A DNA stretch of 63,717 nt, counting the filler, from Thraustochytrium aureum (taxonomy: Eukaryota): the NCBI GenBank assembly GCA_012862495.1. It is 8 parts of 3 records of this genome, joined end to end, with 100 filler letters (N's around TTAATTAATTAA, not from the genome) between each part and the next. Parts side by side here need not be neighbours in the genome. Positions count along the whole stretch, not along the records: positions 24,088 to 38,461 come from BLSG01000173.1; positions 38,562 to 44,255 come from BLSG01000173.1; positions 44,356 to 50,351 come from BLSG01000173.1; 5 more parts are not named here. The stretch is one strand, 5' to 3'. The number at the start of each line of letters is the position of its first letter. Position 1 is the first letter of the stretch. Below the pieces are notes generated by a model. The model saw only the letters and a program-made list of their open reading frames with translations. It was not told the DNA's origin and did no database searches. Both the position numbers and the translations under genes were made by a program. Below, piece after piece: positions 37,201-50,451 of this stretch.

Positions 37201-38461
37201 CTTGTGCGCGAGCCAAACACCCCCGCACCGGCGCGAGCCTCAGCTGCAAGCGTCTTGTTGCCACTGCGTCACGGCGCTGTACGCTGCCCTCGTCCCAGGC
37301 CTGCGCCGAGGCTGCACCGCGCGTTCGCCAACAGTAGCACCTGACCGTGCTCGCCTGGTTTGGCCCGGAGCTGTGCGAATGAGGTCTGCACGCCGAGAGC
37401 GAGTCCGTGCCGACTTTCTTCTGCTAATCGATCGGAGAGATCCGGCGAGGCGCATTGCCTGCCATTCGTCCGTTTGCTGGCCACGTCCTTGCCTGGTCCG
37501 AATCGGAGGAGAGGTTGCTCGAGTTAGAGGCGCCATTTCATCGCAGAAAGCGAATTCGCCTTCGCTGAGGCTTTGCAGCCTTTGGCTGGTCTTTTGCCAG
37601 GGCAGGCAGAGCGTCGCTCTCCCAGGCGGGGGCGACCAGCAACCGACCCAACAGATTTTGAGAGACGCATTTCTGGGCCGGACAGACCGGATATATGCCG
37701 GTGAGCGTTGGCCTGCGAGTCGAAAGGAGAGCACCATCCATCAAAGTAAGGATAATCCAGCCAGAGCAGCAAAGCTCTAGCACGCGCTTTTGCAACGACA
37801 GAGGACAGCATACGGACCCGCTCGATGTGGCTGCCGATGGGCGAAGGGATGCTAACAGGCACGAAGGTGCGCCAATTCAAGGCAGTCTCCTTTTCGAAGT
37901 TTTTTTTTCTCAAGACCAAGAAAGGCGAACAGGGAAAAGAGGCGAACAAGTCAGGCGAAGCCTGGGGTTCTTTTCCAGACGTGTGAAAGATCGGCGCAGG
38001 ATCGGTGCGAGGCCTTCGTTTCATCGCCAGAAATGAAGAAATTTGTTGAAGCGAAGAAGCTTTGTTGATGCGCAAGTCCATAGCTTCACCGCCGATCCAA
38101 GCATTGCCGTCTCCTGTCCAATCGCCCTCGATTTCGCCCCGCACCAGCAACGGAGCGAGCTGCAAACGACGCAGAAAAATGCGAAACTCCTCGCCAGCCC
38201 GCCCAGCTCGCTCTACACACCAGTCCAAACGGGAAAACCAGGGAAAACTCAAGCACTGGCTTTGCGACCCAGCCCTTGCGCAGTCTGCGCAAACTCGACC
38301 CGACCCGCCGCACCACCGCCCGTCGCGCCTATCAATCCACGTCGATCAATCCGTTGCAGCAGGCCAGCGATCACAGAACTGCTCGGCCAATCCTCCAACG
38401 GATCTACCGGAACACCGTGGCCCTCTTTCCCGCATACAGCGGGCCGGCGCGCCGCTCCGCT

Positions 38462-38561
38462 NNNNNNNNNNNNNNNNNNNNNNNNNNNNNNNNNNNNNNN
38501 NNNNNTTAATTAATTAANNNNNNNNNNNNNNNNNNNNNNNNNNNNNNNNNNNNNNNNNNNN
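38462..38561. other. Artificial scaffold linker
   Basis: TTAATTAATTAA at 38506-38517 within Ns. Confidence 0.97.
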
Positions 38562-39011
38562 GACGGCAGCATTGGCTGCCTCGTCAACGGCGCCGGCCTC
38601 GCCATGGCGACCATGGACATCATCAAGCTCAACGGGGGCGCACCCGCCAACTTTCTCGACGTAGGTGGCGGCTCCTCGAAGGCGGCCATCCAAAAGGCCT
38701 TTCTCATCCTCAACGACGATGACCGCGTCAAGTCCATCTTCATCAACATCTTTGGCGGCATCATGCGCTGCGACGTGATCGCGTCGGGCGTGGTCGCCGC
38801 GGCGCAGGAGATCGGCCTCAAGAAGCCCATCATCATCCGCCTGCAGGGCACCAACGTGAAGGAAGCCAAGGCGCTGATCGAGGCCAGCGGCTTCCGCATG
38901 ATGATGACCGACGACCTCGACCAGGCCGCCGGCATGGCTGTCAAGGTGGCCGAGATCGTCCAGGCTGCCGAGAAGATCAAGGTCGGCGTTTCGTTCGAGA
39001 TCCCCATCTGA
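38562..39011 (+). CDS. sucC: Succinyl-CoA ligase beta subunit, C-terminal part
   Basis: [37 protein letters not shown]…[15 protein letters not shown]…IRLQGTN. Confidence 0.96.
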   Translation, partial: DGSIGCLVNGAGLAMATMDIIKLNGGAPANFLDVGGGSSKAAIQKAFLILNDDDRVKSIFINIFGGIMRCDVIASGVVAAAQEIGLKKPIIIRLQGTNVKEAKALIEASGFRMMMTDDLDQAAGMAVKVAEIVQAAEKIKVGVSFEIPI

Positions 39012-39576
39012 GCCGCCTGCCGCCGCGGTCCTTCCTCCCTTCCTTCCTTCCCGGTTGAGTTGGGTTTGCGCCCGACGCGGCCACCGCCGCCTCCTTCTCC
39101 AGACCCCCACAGTAGAGCGAGCTAGTAGCAACGCCAACCCAAGCACAGCCTTTCCCACCGTCCGAGCAGTTGCGCGCCCCGAGACGGTCTCCATCCGCTG
39201 GCTCGAGGTGGCCCATCAACGCCTCGAGCCATGGCAAGCGACAGCTGTCCCGCGTTTCGTCAGAGAGTCTTGATCTTGATTGATCTTGATCAAGACAACA
39301 TTTGATTTTGACAATAGGTCCGTTCGGGAGTCCACATGTGGATCGTCGCGCCGCGGCAGGCAGGCCCCCACGCAAACACACAACGAGACGAGACTCTGCG
39401 GCACACGCGGGCCAGGCGCAGGCGGCCGCCGAGCACTCGGTGCAGACCACAGCGGCGGGCGGGGGGCGGGCCACGAACCCACGAACGGACAGACGGTCCA
39501 CGAGCCGCAAACTCGAGGGCTTGCGCAACGCGATTCTGCGCCCGCGTGGCCGCGGGCGGGCCAGAGCTGCTAGGCC

Positions 39577-42320
39577 ATGGAGGCAGAGCGCCAGGATGGC
39601 CCTGGTAGCTGGAAAGGAGCGGGGGCCGCGTCGCAGCGGATGACTCTGATGGGGATCCGCCACCGGAAAACCGGCGCGCTCGCCGCACAGAACAACGAGG
39701 GCGCCGCAACCGGCTCCAGCAGCGGCCTCACTCTTGTGCGACGTACGACAGATACGGATGTTGACGGGAAAATGCACGGCAGTGGCGCAGCCGTAGCGAT
39801 CGAGGAGGAGCGCGAGGAGCTCGCCCTGAATACCATGCAGATCAAACTGGACCTCCTCAAGCAAGCCAGCTTTATCTCAACCCTAACCGAAAGGCAAGTC
39901 GAGATGCTCGCGCTTGTTTCAAGCGTCAAGTCATTCAGCGACGAGGACCAGGTCATCATTCAAGGCCACTCGGAGCGCAAGCTGTTCATCCTCTGCGCGG
40001 GCGAGGTCCTTGTCCTCAAAAAGCACAACCACGAAGATCCCTACGAGCAAGCCAAGCCGCTTCGCGTGGAGTCGGCGCCGGCGTTTTTCGGGGAGCACCC
40101 GCTCTTGACGGGAGAAGAGCACGCCGAGTCCGTCAACAGTCTCGGGCCGTCCACGTTCCTTGTCCTGGATGGTGAAGACTTCGACAACATGCTTGGCGCT
40201 GAGAGCTCGGTCCGAAGCGTGCTAGAATTGCGGCGCGACGCTCGCGAGGCCGAAGTGCTGGACAACATCCCGCTCCTTCAGTCCTTACGGCCGGCGCAGA
40301 GGACCCAGATTCTGCACTGTATGCAAGCCATCGCCTTTGACGAGGGAAAAAATTTGCTCGCAGGGCCAGCCGGGGAGACCTTCTTTATTATTGTCCAGGG
40401 AAGCGCTCGCGTGCAGCGGCGCGCGACGCCCTGGGCAGACCCAGTCACGGTTGGCTACAAGTACCTCTTCGACGTATTTGGGGAGCGCGCCTTGCTCGAC
40501 GACAAGCCTCGCGACGCGGATGTGGTCGCCGAGAACCACGTTGTGTGCCTCTACATGCATCGCTCAGTCCTCTCCGAGGTCTTGCCCAACTTGAGGGACT
40601 TGCTCCAAGAGGCGAGTCTCATGACCGTCGACGAGTCAAACGTACTGGGGCCAGCCCCAGCTCCGCCGAACGGTGTCTCGACCGAAATCGTAGAGCGGAG
40701 CGCCGGCGCGCTTGAGCGCTCAGCTGCCACCCCGAAAGCCCTTTCGAACAGCCTGGAGGGCAGCAAAGAGCTGCCCCCAGCGCACTGCTTCCGGATCGAG
40801 CTCGAAGCATGCAGGTACTATTGCGCCAATGCGGACTGGACCAAACCAGTCGTCAAGCCAAAGTCGCAGGAGCGCGACCTTGTCACAGGAAAGACCAAAG
40901 TGGCGCACTACGAGTCGGCGTACGAGGCCGCCTGCAGCGAGCATCTCTTAGACCACTACATCGCGCTTCAAAAGGCCAAGAAGGAGCGTCGCGCCAGCAC
41001 GCCAACCGTTGCGCTTCGGCCGCTTCCAACAGGGCAGTCGCAGGTTGGAGCACCAGCTGCTACGGCGACACTGGCCTTGACGAAGCAAACATACGCGACT
41101 ATGCGCGTCCTACGCGAGACATGTCCCGACAACACGCACCAGGCCGCTAGGGAAGCCATGGGGCCATTTCCCGATATCATGACTCGGCTCCTGGTGCCTG
41201 TGGAGATCCTGCCTGGCGTCCTCACCCTGCGGGACGAGGAATCGCGCCACAAGGGGCACCGAAAGCCCCGACAAGTCGAAAAAGCGCAAGAAGCGTCGTT
41301 CGTTGGGCGGGGGCAAAGGAAATCCGGAGCAGCCCGACGCGCTCGCAGAACGCGCGGCTCTTGTGGCGACCTCGCGCCTGGCAAACCTAGCGCGCACTGC
41401 GTTGGCGCTCACAGCGACGCGACGAGAGCCGTGGCAAGTCGAAACGCTCCAGATGTTGCTCGGGGACTGCCCAGCACTGGCGCGGCTTTCGCTCGGCTCG
41501 CGCCCGACGATTGTCAATCAAATGCTGCGCAACGCGACGTTTGTGCGCTTTGACAAAGGCCAAACCGTGCTCGCGCAAGGCGAACCTGTTCCTGGATGCT
41601 TTTTTGTGCTTCGCGGGCAAGCCCGCATGGTGATGCGAGTCCAGAGAGGAGCGCGCGCAAACAATTGGTCTCTCGGTGCTATCGGCCCTGGCGGCTCGTG
41701 CGGCATCCTCTGCATGTTGGACCCCGACGGAGCGCAATTTCGAGAGAGCTTGTACACCGTAACGACAACAGTGCGGACGGAGATGCTGCTTTTCCCCAAA
41801 GCCACGTTTCATGACCGCTGCATGGACAAGGCCGAACTCGCGCGGCGACTGGCCGACGTCAAAAGCATTGGCCAGCTCACCTGCCCAGAGCACGGGGGCA
41901 ATCAGATCGCCTTGTTGCAGCTCGCCTACGCAATGCAGTACGCCGCGGTTCCCAAAGACGCGTGCCTGCTCTCCGGCGGGTCGTTCTTTGACGCCGACTG
42001 GTGCCATGTTATCGTAAGCGGACACGTCGGCGTCTACACGCTGCGCGGCGCAGCAGAGTGGGTGCACGTGGCCACGTTGGGGCCCGGCGAGTGCATGAGC
42101 AAGCTGGATGCGGAAACGCCGGGCATCGCGCTTGCAGCTCTCAACGCTGTTTCGACGAAAAAGCTCCCGCTCGAGGTTCTCGGCGCAGTTGACGCAGACG
42201 GCCTGCAAAACCTCCGCGATGCCTCTGAGGCCAAGATGCGATGGAGAAAGGACGCGCTCGAGTACAGCGTGGTGTTTAGCCAGCGGAGGCTTGTTCCGCC
42301 GTGGCTACTCAGGCAAAGTG
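39577..42320 (+). CDS. Protein with several cyclic-nucleotide-binding domains (frameshift near 41305; 3' end in gap)
   Basis: CNB-like segments: VIIQGH…FFGE; FFIIVQGSARV…VFGERALLDDKPRDADV; FDKGQTVLAQGE…FFVLRGQA; HVIVSGHVGVY…LGPGE. Confidence 0.75.
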
Positions 42321-43231
42321 NNNNNNNNNNNNNNNNNNNNNNNNNNNNNNNNNNNNNNNNNNNNNNNNNNNNNNNNNNNNNNNNNNNNNNNNNNNNNNNN
42401 NNNNNNNNNNNNNNNNNNNNNNNNNNNNNNNNNNNNNNNNNNNNNNNNNNNNNNNNNNNNNNNNNNNNNNNNNNNNNNNNNNNNNNNNNNNNNNNNNNNN
42501 NNNNNNNNNNNNNNNNNNNNNNNNNNNNNNNNNNNNNNNNNNNNNNNNNNNNNNNNNNNNNNNNNNNNNNNNNNNNNNNNNNNNNNNNNNNNNNNNNNNN
42601 NNNNNNNNNNNNNNNNNNNNNNNNNNNNNNNNNNNNNNNNNNNNNNNNNNNNNNNNNNNNNNNNNNNNNNNNNNNNNNNNNNNNNNNNNNNNNNNNNNNN
42701 NNNNNNNNNNNNNNNNNNNNNNNNNNNNNNNNNNNNNNNNNNNNNNNNNNNNNNNNNNNNNNNNNNNNNNNNNNNNNNNNNNNNNNNNNNNNNNNNNNNN
42801 NNNNNNNNNNNNNNNNNNNNNNNNNNNNNNNNNNNNNNNNNNNNNNNNNNNNNNNNNNNNNNNNNNNNNNNNNNNNNNNNNNNNNNNNNNNNNNNNNNNN
42901 NNNNNNNNNNNNNNNNNNNNNNNNNNNNNNNNNNNNNNNNNNNNNNNNNNNNNNNNNNNNNNNNNNNNNNNNNNNNNNNNNNNNNNNNNNNNNNNNNNNN
43001 NNNNNNNNNNNNNNNNNNNNNNNNNNNNNNNNNNNNNNNNNNNNNNNNNNNNNNNNNNNNNNNNNNGGTCAAGTTCCTCGGGGCTCGTGCCTGCCCTGCC
43101 CCCTCGCGCCCCTCGCCCCCCAAAACTCGTGTGCCTCTGCACTTGATTGAGCAAGCTACCTGACTGAGAACTCTTGCTCTTTATCATCCTACTCGGTCCA
43201 TTTTCAATCAACATGCGAATTGCAAAAAAGG

Positions 43232-44255
43232 CTACTGGTCCCTGTTTCGCGCCGACCGCGCACGCAGCCCGTTTGTGGACGCCATGATGAGCGACTTGCT
43301 GGTCGTCCCCGACGAAGGCTGGAACTCAACTTGGTCAATGTCGAGCCCAGGGCCGTCCAAGTCCAAGTCGGGCGTTGAAGGCTCCAGTCCCAGCAGGGCC
43401 TCGTTCTCGTAGTCGCGCCACTCGACGTCCTCGAGCGAGTCGTTCGAGCGCGAGCGATGGTGGTGCCTCGAAAACCTGAGCGCAGTAAGCTCCTCGGAGG
43501 AGTCGAGCCGGACGCGGTACTGCACATGGAGCTTGAATTGCGAGGCCTTGAGGATAGAGTAGTAGCTCGCAAACCAGATGACAAAGCAAGCGAACGCGGC
43601 GACCTCAAAGCTCGCTGCCACCTTTTTCCAGAACACGAGCCGCGGCAGCGGGAATTCGGGGTGCACAAGCACGTAGGCCATCGGCACGAGGAAGCCGAGC
43701 ACGCAAAACACGAGGACGAGGGCAACTGCGAGCCGCACCTTGCGCGTGAATGGCATCGAGAGGGCGTGGTAGACGTCGATGACGGTTTCCAGAACGACGT
43801 GGATCATCCCAAAGAGGAAGAACGTGGCCGCGAAGCTGTTGTGCGCCGTCGCGTGAAACTGGTGCTGGAAGGCCGCCACACCGTTGCCGCAAAAGCATGA
43901 AATGAGGCCAAACGCCGTCGCAATGCGATGCGTCCTCATCCAGCTGCGGCCCCTGAGCTGCTTTTTCACAATCTTGTGCTTTACAAAAATGATCACCGAG
44001 AGGAGGGAGAGCGTGGTCGTCAGACCGAGCGTGCCGATGTTTGAGGCAGGGGCCCTGTCGATGGAGGCCGAGATAAAGTAGCCCTTTTCGTCAAAGATGG
44101 TAACGCCCTCCTCGACATAGATGCTGGCTGAGATGTAGTACGTCACGGCGAGCGTAAGCAGCGGCAGGACGACACCGGCCACCAAAAACGCCGCTGGCCG
44201 GGCCTGGTTCTCCAGGTCGATGTGTTGCGTGAGCCGCGTCGCATCATCTCTCGCG
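43232..44255 (-). CDS. Frag1/DRAM/Sfk1-family multi-pass membrane protein (5' truncated)
   Basis: About six hydrophobic helices; YFISASID..PASNIG, GVAAFQ…AHNSFAATFF, AASFE. Confidence 0.75.
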
Positions 44256-44355
44256 NNNNNNNNNNNNNNNNNNNNNNNNNNNNNNNNNNNNNNNNNNNNT
44301 TAATTAATTAANNNNNNNNNNNNNNNNNNNNNNNNNNNNNNNNNNNNNNNNNNNN
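44256..44355. other. Artificial scaffold linker
   Basis: TTAATTAATTAA at 44300-44311 within Ns. Confidence 0.97.
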
Positions 44356-44896
44356 CGGGATCATGGGGTTCAGGAAGCGGCTACTTGGGAACGCCAAGGG
44401 CGTCACGCTCGAGGTTGCCGCGGGGACGGGGCGCAACTTGGACTACTACCCGGCGGACGCACACGTGACTCTGCTGGATGCCAACCGAGAGATGCTGCAA
44501 GTTGCGCGTGGCAAGGCCGCCAAGAAGGGCCTGCGCGTCGCCATCAGGGAAGGCGACGCGGAGGCGCTCCCTTTCGAGGACGCAGTGTTCGACAACGTTG
44601 TGGACACGTTCGGCCTCTGCTCGCTTCGCAACCCGGAGAGGGCGCTTAGCGAGATGAGGCGGGTCTGTAAGGTCGATGGGCGGGTCTTGCTCCTGGAGCA
44701 TGGGCGATCGCAGTGGTTTAGTCTCTTGAATAAATACCTGGATGCCAGGGTGGCCCAGCACGTCAGGGACTGGGGCTGCATGTGGAACCGCGACATTGAC
44801 GCGCTGGTGGCCGCCTGCGACGGCTTTGAGCGCGAAGAGGACAAGCGCCACCACTTTGGCACAACCTACGAGATCGTCTTGCGGCGCGTCTCGTAG
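44356..44896 (+). CDS. Class I SAM-dependent methyltransferase (Methyltransf_11, OMS1/METTL7-like; 5' truncated)
   Basis: LEVAAGTGRNLDYY (motif I), GDAEALPF…FDNVVDTFGLCS, GRVLLLEHG, WGCMWNRDI, RHHFGT. Confidence 0.88.
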
Positions 44897-44977
44897 GTTG
44901 GCCGGCACAGCTCGCGCAGCGCAATGCAGGGGAGGGGCCCGGGCAGACCATTAGCGCTCGCCAGTCCTACGTCGCAC

Positions 44978-45801
44978 CTACCTGCAACACCGGCGTCTGC
45001 TCGCAGCCGGCGAGCCGCCGTCGAGGCGAACGACGCCCTGAACGTCCCCCTCGCGCCCTCCAAGCACCCCAGCCTGCGAGTGCGTATTGTTCAGCATCCC
45101 ATTCTCGAACAGCTGCAAAGAGACCTTCTCAAAGGCCGCCTCGACGCTGACGCTCGTCTTCGCGCTGGTCTCCAGGTACACCGCCTGCCGGCTGAACGCA
45201 TATGTCTGTGCCTCCTCTTGCGGCACCGTGCGCTGCGCTGCCAGGTCCAACTTGTTCCCAACGATCACAATTACGACGCCCTCAGGGCCAAGGCGCGTCA
45301 GCTCGTGCACCCATGTCTTGACCGCGCTAAAGCTCTCCCGCCGAGTGATATCGAACACCACCAAGGCGGCGTGCGCGCCGCGATAATATAGAGAGGCCAG
45401 GCTGTGATACTGCTCCTGCCCTGCCGTGTCCCAAATTCGGAAAGTGACAGGCGGCCCATCCTTTCGCTCAACAGTCTTGGACACGAAGGACACGCCTGCG
45501 GTCGAAGTGTCAGCACGCCTTGCTTGCACTCGCGGCAACGGGCATTGTGTCCAGCCTCAGCGGTGCGCCGAGCGCCTGGTCTGCAGCTTTACGCGCACTT
45601 ACCGATAGTGGAAACGCTGTCCTCGCGAAACTCGCCGCTCGTGAACCGAAGGACGAGGCTTGACTTGCCGACCCCTGCGTCGCCGAGAAGGACGACTTTC
45701 GCCTCGTCATGCTTGACGGCGCCCGTGTCATTCTTATCGCTCTTATCGCTCTTGTCCGATGCATTGGACCCAGACTGCGGACGTCCCCAGCTGCGCTTCA
45801 T
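44978..45801 (-). CDS. Rab5-family small GTPase, two exons (45801-45603 and 45495-44978)
   Basis: [59 protein letters not shown]-terminal CCR prenylation motif. Confidence 0.9.
45496..45602 (-). other. Spliceosomal intron (107 nt, phase 1) in the Rab gene
   Basis: GTAAGT donor at 45602, GCTGAC branch at ~45514-45509, CCGCAG acceptor ending at 45496. Splicing restores TIGVSF. Confidence 0.88.
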
Positions 45802-46427
45802 CNNNNNNNNNNNNNNNNNNNNNNNNNNNNNNNNNNNNNNNNNNNNNNNNNNNNNNNNNNNNNNNNNNNNNNNNNNNNNNNNNNNNNNNNNNNNNNNNNN
45901 NNNNNNNNNNNNNNNNNNNNNNNNNNNNNNNNNNNNNNNNNNNNNNNNNNNNNNNNNNNNNNNNNNNNNNNNNNNNNNNNNNNNNNNNNNNNNNNNNNNN
46001 NNNNNNNNNNNNNNNNCTGCGGACGTCCCCAGCTGCGCTTCATCCCCCATGCGGGCAAGCCCCGCCGCTCCCCGCGCTCGGCAGCACCGAACGTGCGGTA
46101 TAGGTCGACCGACCACCCTCGGCCAGAACGGCGTGGAAAGTGCGCTCGCAGAGCCAAGTGCGCAGCAGCTGCACAAAACACAGTCTGCGCAGACCTCGCC
46201 GCACCGGGTTTGCCCTGCCCCGTTCTCAGACTGCCGCCGCTCGTGCGCGGTGAGCGCTACCCCGCGCCGGACGATTCTAAGTAACCTGAACACCTGGCGG
46301 TCAGGAACGGCTCTAACGGCCATATGCCATCTCTCGCCGATTGCAGTACTCAGTACATGTGCGGGCGGGCGGCGGCCGCTCGCAAGCAATCAGTCCCCTG
46401 AAGGCAAGCGCAAGGCCGGCCGTCGGA

Positions 46428-48898
46428 ATGGTTTCGTCGGGTGGCAGCAGCCCTAGACGGGCCCGCTCGCTCGCCCCGAACGACATGGCCGACGACTTGG
46501 CGAGACGGGTCGACAGTCAAGCACGGTGGCTCCTCGACTGCTCCAAGGAGAACGAGCAGACGCTACTTGCTGCGCAGGAGGCCAAGCTGGCGTGCAAGAG
46601 CCGACTGAAGGCCGTTCTTGGCGAGTATGAGGCTTGCAGAACGAAGATCAAGGAGCTGGAGCACAATGCTCAAGCCGGCGCCGAGAGGCGAGCGGCGCTC
46701 GAGGCACAAGTCGCGCTCGAGCGCTCGCAGCGCAAAAGCGCAAAGCGCGCGGCTCGAAAGCTCGCAAACAAGCTTGACTCGCAGAAGCAAATCATCGCCG
46801 CCGAACGGGAGAGAGGCTTGCTGGTCAAGGTCCGCAACCGTGACACCCAGTTTCTCGCAATCAACGAGACGCTCGCGAGCATGCAGCAGAGGATCGAAGA
46901 GCTCACGAGCGAGCGCGAAGCGCTGCGCCATGACCTCGACCAGGCCCGATTCGAGCTAAAAGCACAGGTTTTGCAAAGCCAGAACGAGCGCCAAGAGCTT
47001 GCAAATTGCAAATCCCAGGTGGAGGAGCTCACGGCAAAGCTCGACTGCGGCAGGGAAACGGCAGGAGTCCTCCGGCAACGGCTGGGCATCTACAGAGAAA
47101 AAGCGCGCGCCCTCGAGGCGAGTGCAGTGCCCGCTCTGATTGAGGAAAAGTACAACAAGCTCCTCAAAGAGCAAGAGGTTGCCTTTTTGAAGCGGCAGCG
47201 GCGGTGGCAGCTCGAGGCTCAGCGCGCTCTGGCCGCGCGGGAGGCCACGCTCGACAAGACCTATCGCGATATTGCCGAGACGGCTATCGCAAACGCAGAG
47301 AAGTGCGTGCAGAAGCAGCTGCAGCTGGAGCGCAACGACAGAATTGAGCTTAGTTCGGAGCTCGGCCGCGTTCGCGGCGAGAGCGTCGCTATTGACGTTC
47401 ACCGTGAGATCTTGGCTGAGTCGACCAATGCAACCCGTCGGGCCGAAATGGCTGCCGCGCATGCGGAAGAACAGCTCCGCCACGAGTCTAAACGACTTGC
47501 CCAGGCAAACGCGCAATGCGCTCACCTGGAGCGAGCACTGGAGGAGCACCGCTCGCGCGCAAGAACCACGCTGACCGATCAAGTCGGCTCTAGCGTTGTG
47601 CTTGAGCAGCGTCTCGAGGATGCGCGCACTTGCGCGCGTCAGATGCAGCGGAGAGTCGACGGGCTCGAGTCAAAGGTGACATCGCTTGAGGATGCGCTTC
47701 GCGCTTCGCGAGAANNNNNNNNNNNNNNNNNNNNNNNNNNNNNNNNNNNNNNNNNNNNNNNNNNNNNNNNNNNNNNNNNNNNNNNNNNNNNNNNNNNNNN
47801 NNNNNNNNNNNNNNNNNNNNNNNNNNNNNNNNNNNNNNNNNNNNNNNNNNNNNNNNNNNNNNNNNNNNNNNNNNNNNNNNNNNNNNNNNNNNNNNNNNNN
47901 NNNNNNNNNNNNNNNNNNNNNNNNNNNNNNNNNNNNNNNNNNNNNNNNNNNNNNNNNNNNNNNNNNNNNNNNNNNNNNNNNNNNNNNNNNNNNNNNNNNN
48001 NNNNNNNNNNNNNNNNNNNNNNNNNNNNNNNNNNNNNNNNNNNNNNNNNNNNNNNNNNNNNNNNNNNNNNNNNNNNNNNNNNNNNNNNNNNNNNNNNNNN
48101 NNNNNNNNNNNNNNNNNNNAAGAGCGAGCGACGGTGCGCAGCGAGCTTCAAGCCAGCCAGGAGAAGATCGCCGAACTGAGCGCCGCGGTGGCCGCAAAAG
48201 GCGACTTGCTGGAAGACATGCGGGTTGCCGCTGCCGACCGCGATGCGCGAGGGGGAGAGGACTTGCTGCAAGTGCAACAAGCGCTCGCACAGCTCCGTGA
48301 AAAGCACGAAGCTCTCTTGGCAAGCGTGCAGGAGCTGCTTCCGGAGGTCAAACGGGCCAAGTCCCTCCAACACGCGGCTGAGGCTCGCGAAACGAGCACG
48401 CAGAGCGCATGGGCGAGCCAGATCGAGGCTTTGCAGCACACCTCCCAGCGCCTGCAACTCGCTTTGGACGAGGAGCGAATGGCGCATCAGCGCACCGCAG
48501 ATCGAGCTCTGCAAGCAGAGCAAAACGTCGACAACTTGCTGAGGGATAAAACGCGCCTGGCCTGCGCCCTGAAGGCCGCCGAAAGCGCGCACAACGCTTC
48601 GGCTGCAAAGCTGCAGGACCAGATGCAGCGAGCAAAGGCCAGCTTTCGCACCGCGCTTGAAGAGAAAGAGGCGCACTACGCATCAAAGGTTGCCCGCATA
48701 GAAGCGCGCCTTGAGCCGCTGCTCGCATCGCGGGTTGCACCAGCCGTTCGAAAAGCTGCGCCCCTACAGCAGAGCAGGGCTCAAGCAAACGAGCCCAGCA
48801 AAGCAAGCCGGCTGGCGCGCGCCAGGCAGGATGTCGCTGACGAGGAGGAGGCCAAGTCAGTGGACCTCGAGGACGCTGTCTCCTTTGGCGAGAAGTAG
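46428..48898 (+). CDS. Long coiled-coil protein (spans N gap)
   Basis: E/L/A/Q/R-rich heptads in ORFs 46341..48179 and 48134..48898 on both sides of the gap. Confidence 0.6.
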
Positions 48899-49570
48899 TC
48901 CTCCTTCTCCGAGTCGAGCGCATATCTAGCTAGAGAAACGCCGCCCCAATGTGCGTACATGTATACTTCTAAAGAATGCAGCCCAAATGAACAGTATGCT
49001 AATAGCTCGCTCGCTCCGCGTCGCGCGCGGCGCGGCGCGGCGTTCATCGCGTATCGTTCCTGTAGACCCATGCCGCCTTGCCAGGCGGCCGCGCTGCAAC
49101 CCAATTCCAAACTGACCAATAACCTCGCACGTAGGCCACGCAGCGTGCGAAGGGCTCCAGAAGCCTTTCGCCCCGTCCCGGGCCGCCCAGCACGGGGCCG
49201 TCGGCGGGAACTCGCCATGCAGGTCGTGCAAGGACGGTTTTGCATCAATTCTTGCAAGTCCCGCAGCAGGGGTTTTCGAGGAGAATTTCCCAAGCCCAGA
49301 GACGGAACCAGACAGGCATCCAGGCGCGGCAAGCGCAGCAGACCCTCAACGCGAGGCGCGAGCAGCGAGCAGCACGAGCCGGTTGGCGCCTGGGCAGCAC
49401 GGGGCTGGCTGGCTACGAGCGCAAGCAAGCTGCGCCGCGGCTCTGGCGCTCGTCGCGCTCGCGGACGCTGTGCCGTCGGCGCTTGGGCTGGCGAACGCCC
49501 AGCAGAGCGCCTGTGGACCGGCGGCGCGACCCATGTACAGGGCGCCGGCTGCGGGAGGGCTGGCGAGAAG

Positions 49571-50351
49571 ATGACGTCGTCGGTGGAGCTGCTAGAAGGC
49601 CTGTTGCATGAGATTGAGGCGCATGGAGCGCGGCACGAGTGCTCGGGGCCGGCTGCCGGCCCGGACGGCGAAACGCGGACTGCCGACCGCAGCAGCGACG
49701 AGTTGTCCCACAAGCCCGTCGCGGACAGTAACAGCGACGAGCTATGCCGCAAGATGCTGATCAAGGTCAAGCAGATTCTCTCTTCCATCGCCAAGCACTA
49801 CCTTGTGCCGCGCGTGATCGACGTAGCCGCCTCGAATGCCGCCTCCGAAACGAGCAAGCTCCTCCACCTCGCGCTTCGCTTGATGCGCGTGCTGCTGGAG
49901 GGCGACTTTTGCCCGCACGCCAAAGCGGTTTTTGGGTACGGCGACGTGAACTCGGTAGCCCCACCGCTGCTCAAGATGCTGGGGCTGCTGGCTGAACCGA
50001 GTGTTGGGCGCTCTGGCACTGTCAAGCTGCTTTTGGGCAATGTCAAAGCCCTCCTTCGTCTTCTCGCCAGCGGCGACCTGCTGGCCGTTTTAGCCATCTT
50101 TCAGGACTTTGTTGTGCTGCGCGACACAATCGAAGCGCTGCGAGACCCCAGCAGCGGTGGACTGGAAGTCGCACCACTGTGCTTTCCGCGGTTAGCTGAG
50201 CGCCTGGCTAGCGTTTCAACCTCTGGGCCGCCACCGTCGCCAACCGGCCGTGCAGGCGGACTCGCTCTTCCCCAAACGGAGCAGGCCGCAACGCTTTCAA
50301 GCTTGTTCGAGATCAACCTGAGCACGCAGGTCCGCCGGTCGCATGTCCGGG
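49571..50351 (+). CDS. Helical (HEAT-like) protein N-terminus, 3' truncated; possibly the ATR N-terminus
   Basis: ORF from MTSSVELLEGLL with Leu-rich helices, open to the scaffold end, on the same strand as the ATR body on the next scaffold. Confidence 0.45.
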
Positions 50352-50451
50352 NNNNNNNNNNNNNNNNNNNNNNNNNNNNNNNNNNNNNNNNNNNNTTAAT
50401 TAATTAANNNNNNNNNNNNNNNNNNNNNNNNNNNNNNNNNNNNNNNNNNNN
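50352..50451. other. Artificial scaffold linker
   Basis: TTAATTAATTAA at 50396-50407 within Ns. Confidence 0.97.

Noticed and set aside
37201..38461. Several 100-240 aa ORFs upstream of the Gln-rich gene, and those at 34178-35054 and 21648-22300
   Set aside because: They show no motifs or convincing codon bias and are most likely UTR, promoter or intergenic sequence. The 21648-22300 region may be a broken 5' part of the 20750 ORF, but this is unsupported.
45775..46045. Direct repeat CTGCGGACGTCCCCAGCTGCGCTTCATC flanking a gap at the Rab 5' end
   Set aside because: Same overlap artefact; the gap is probably spurious.
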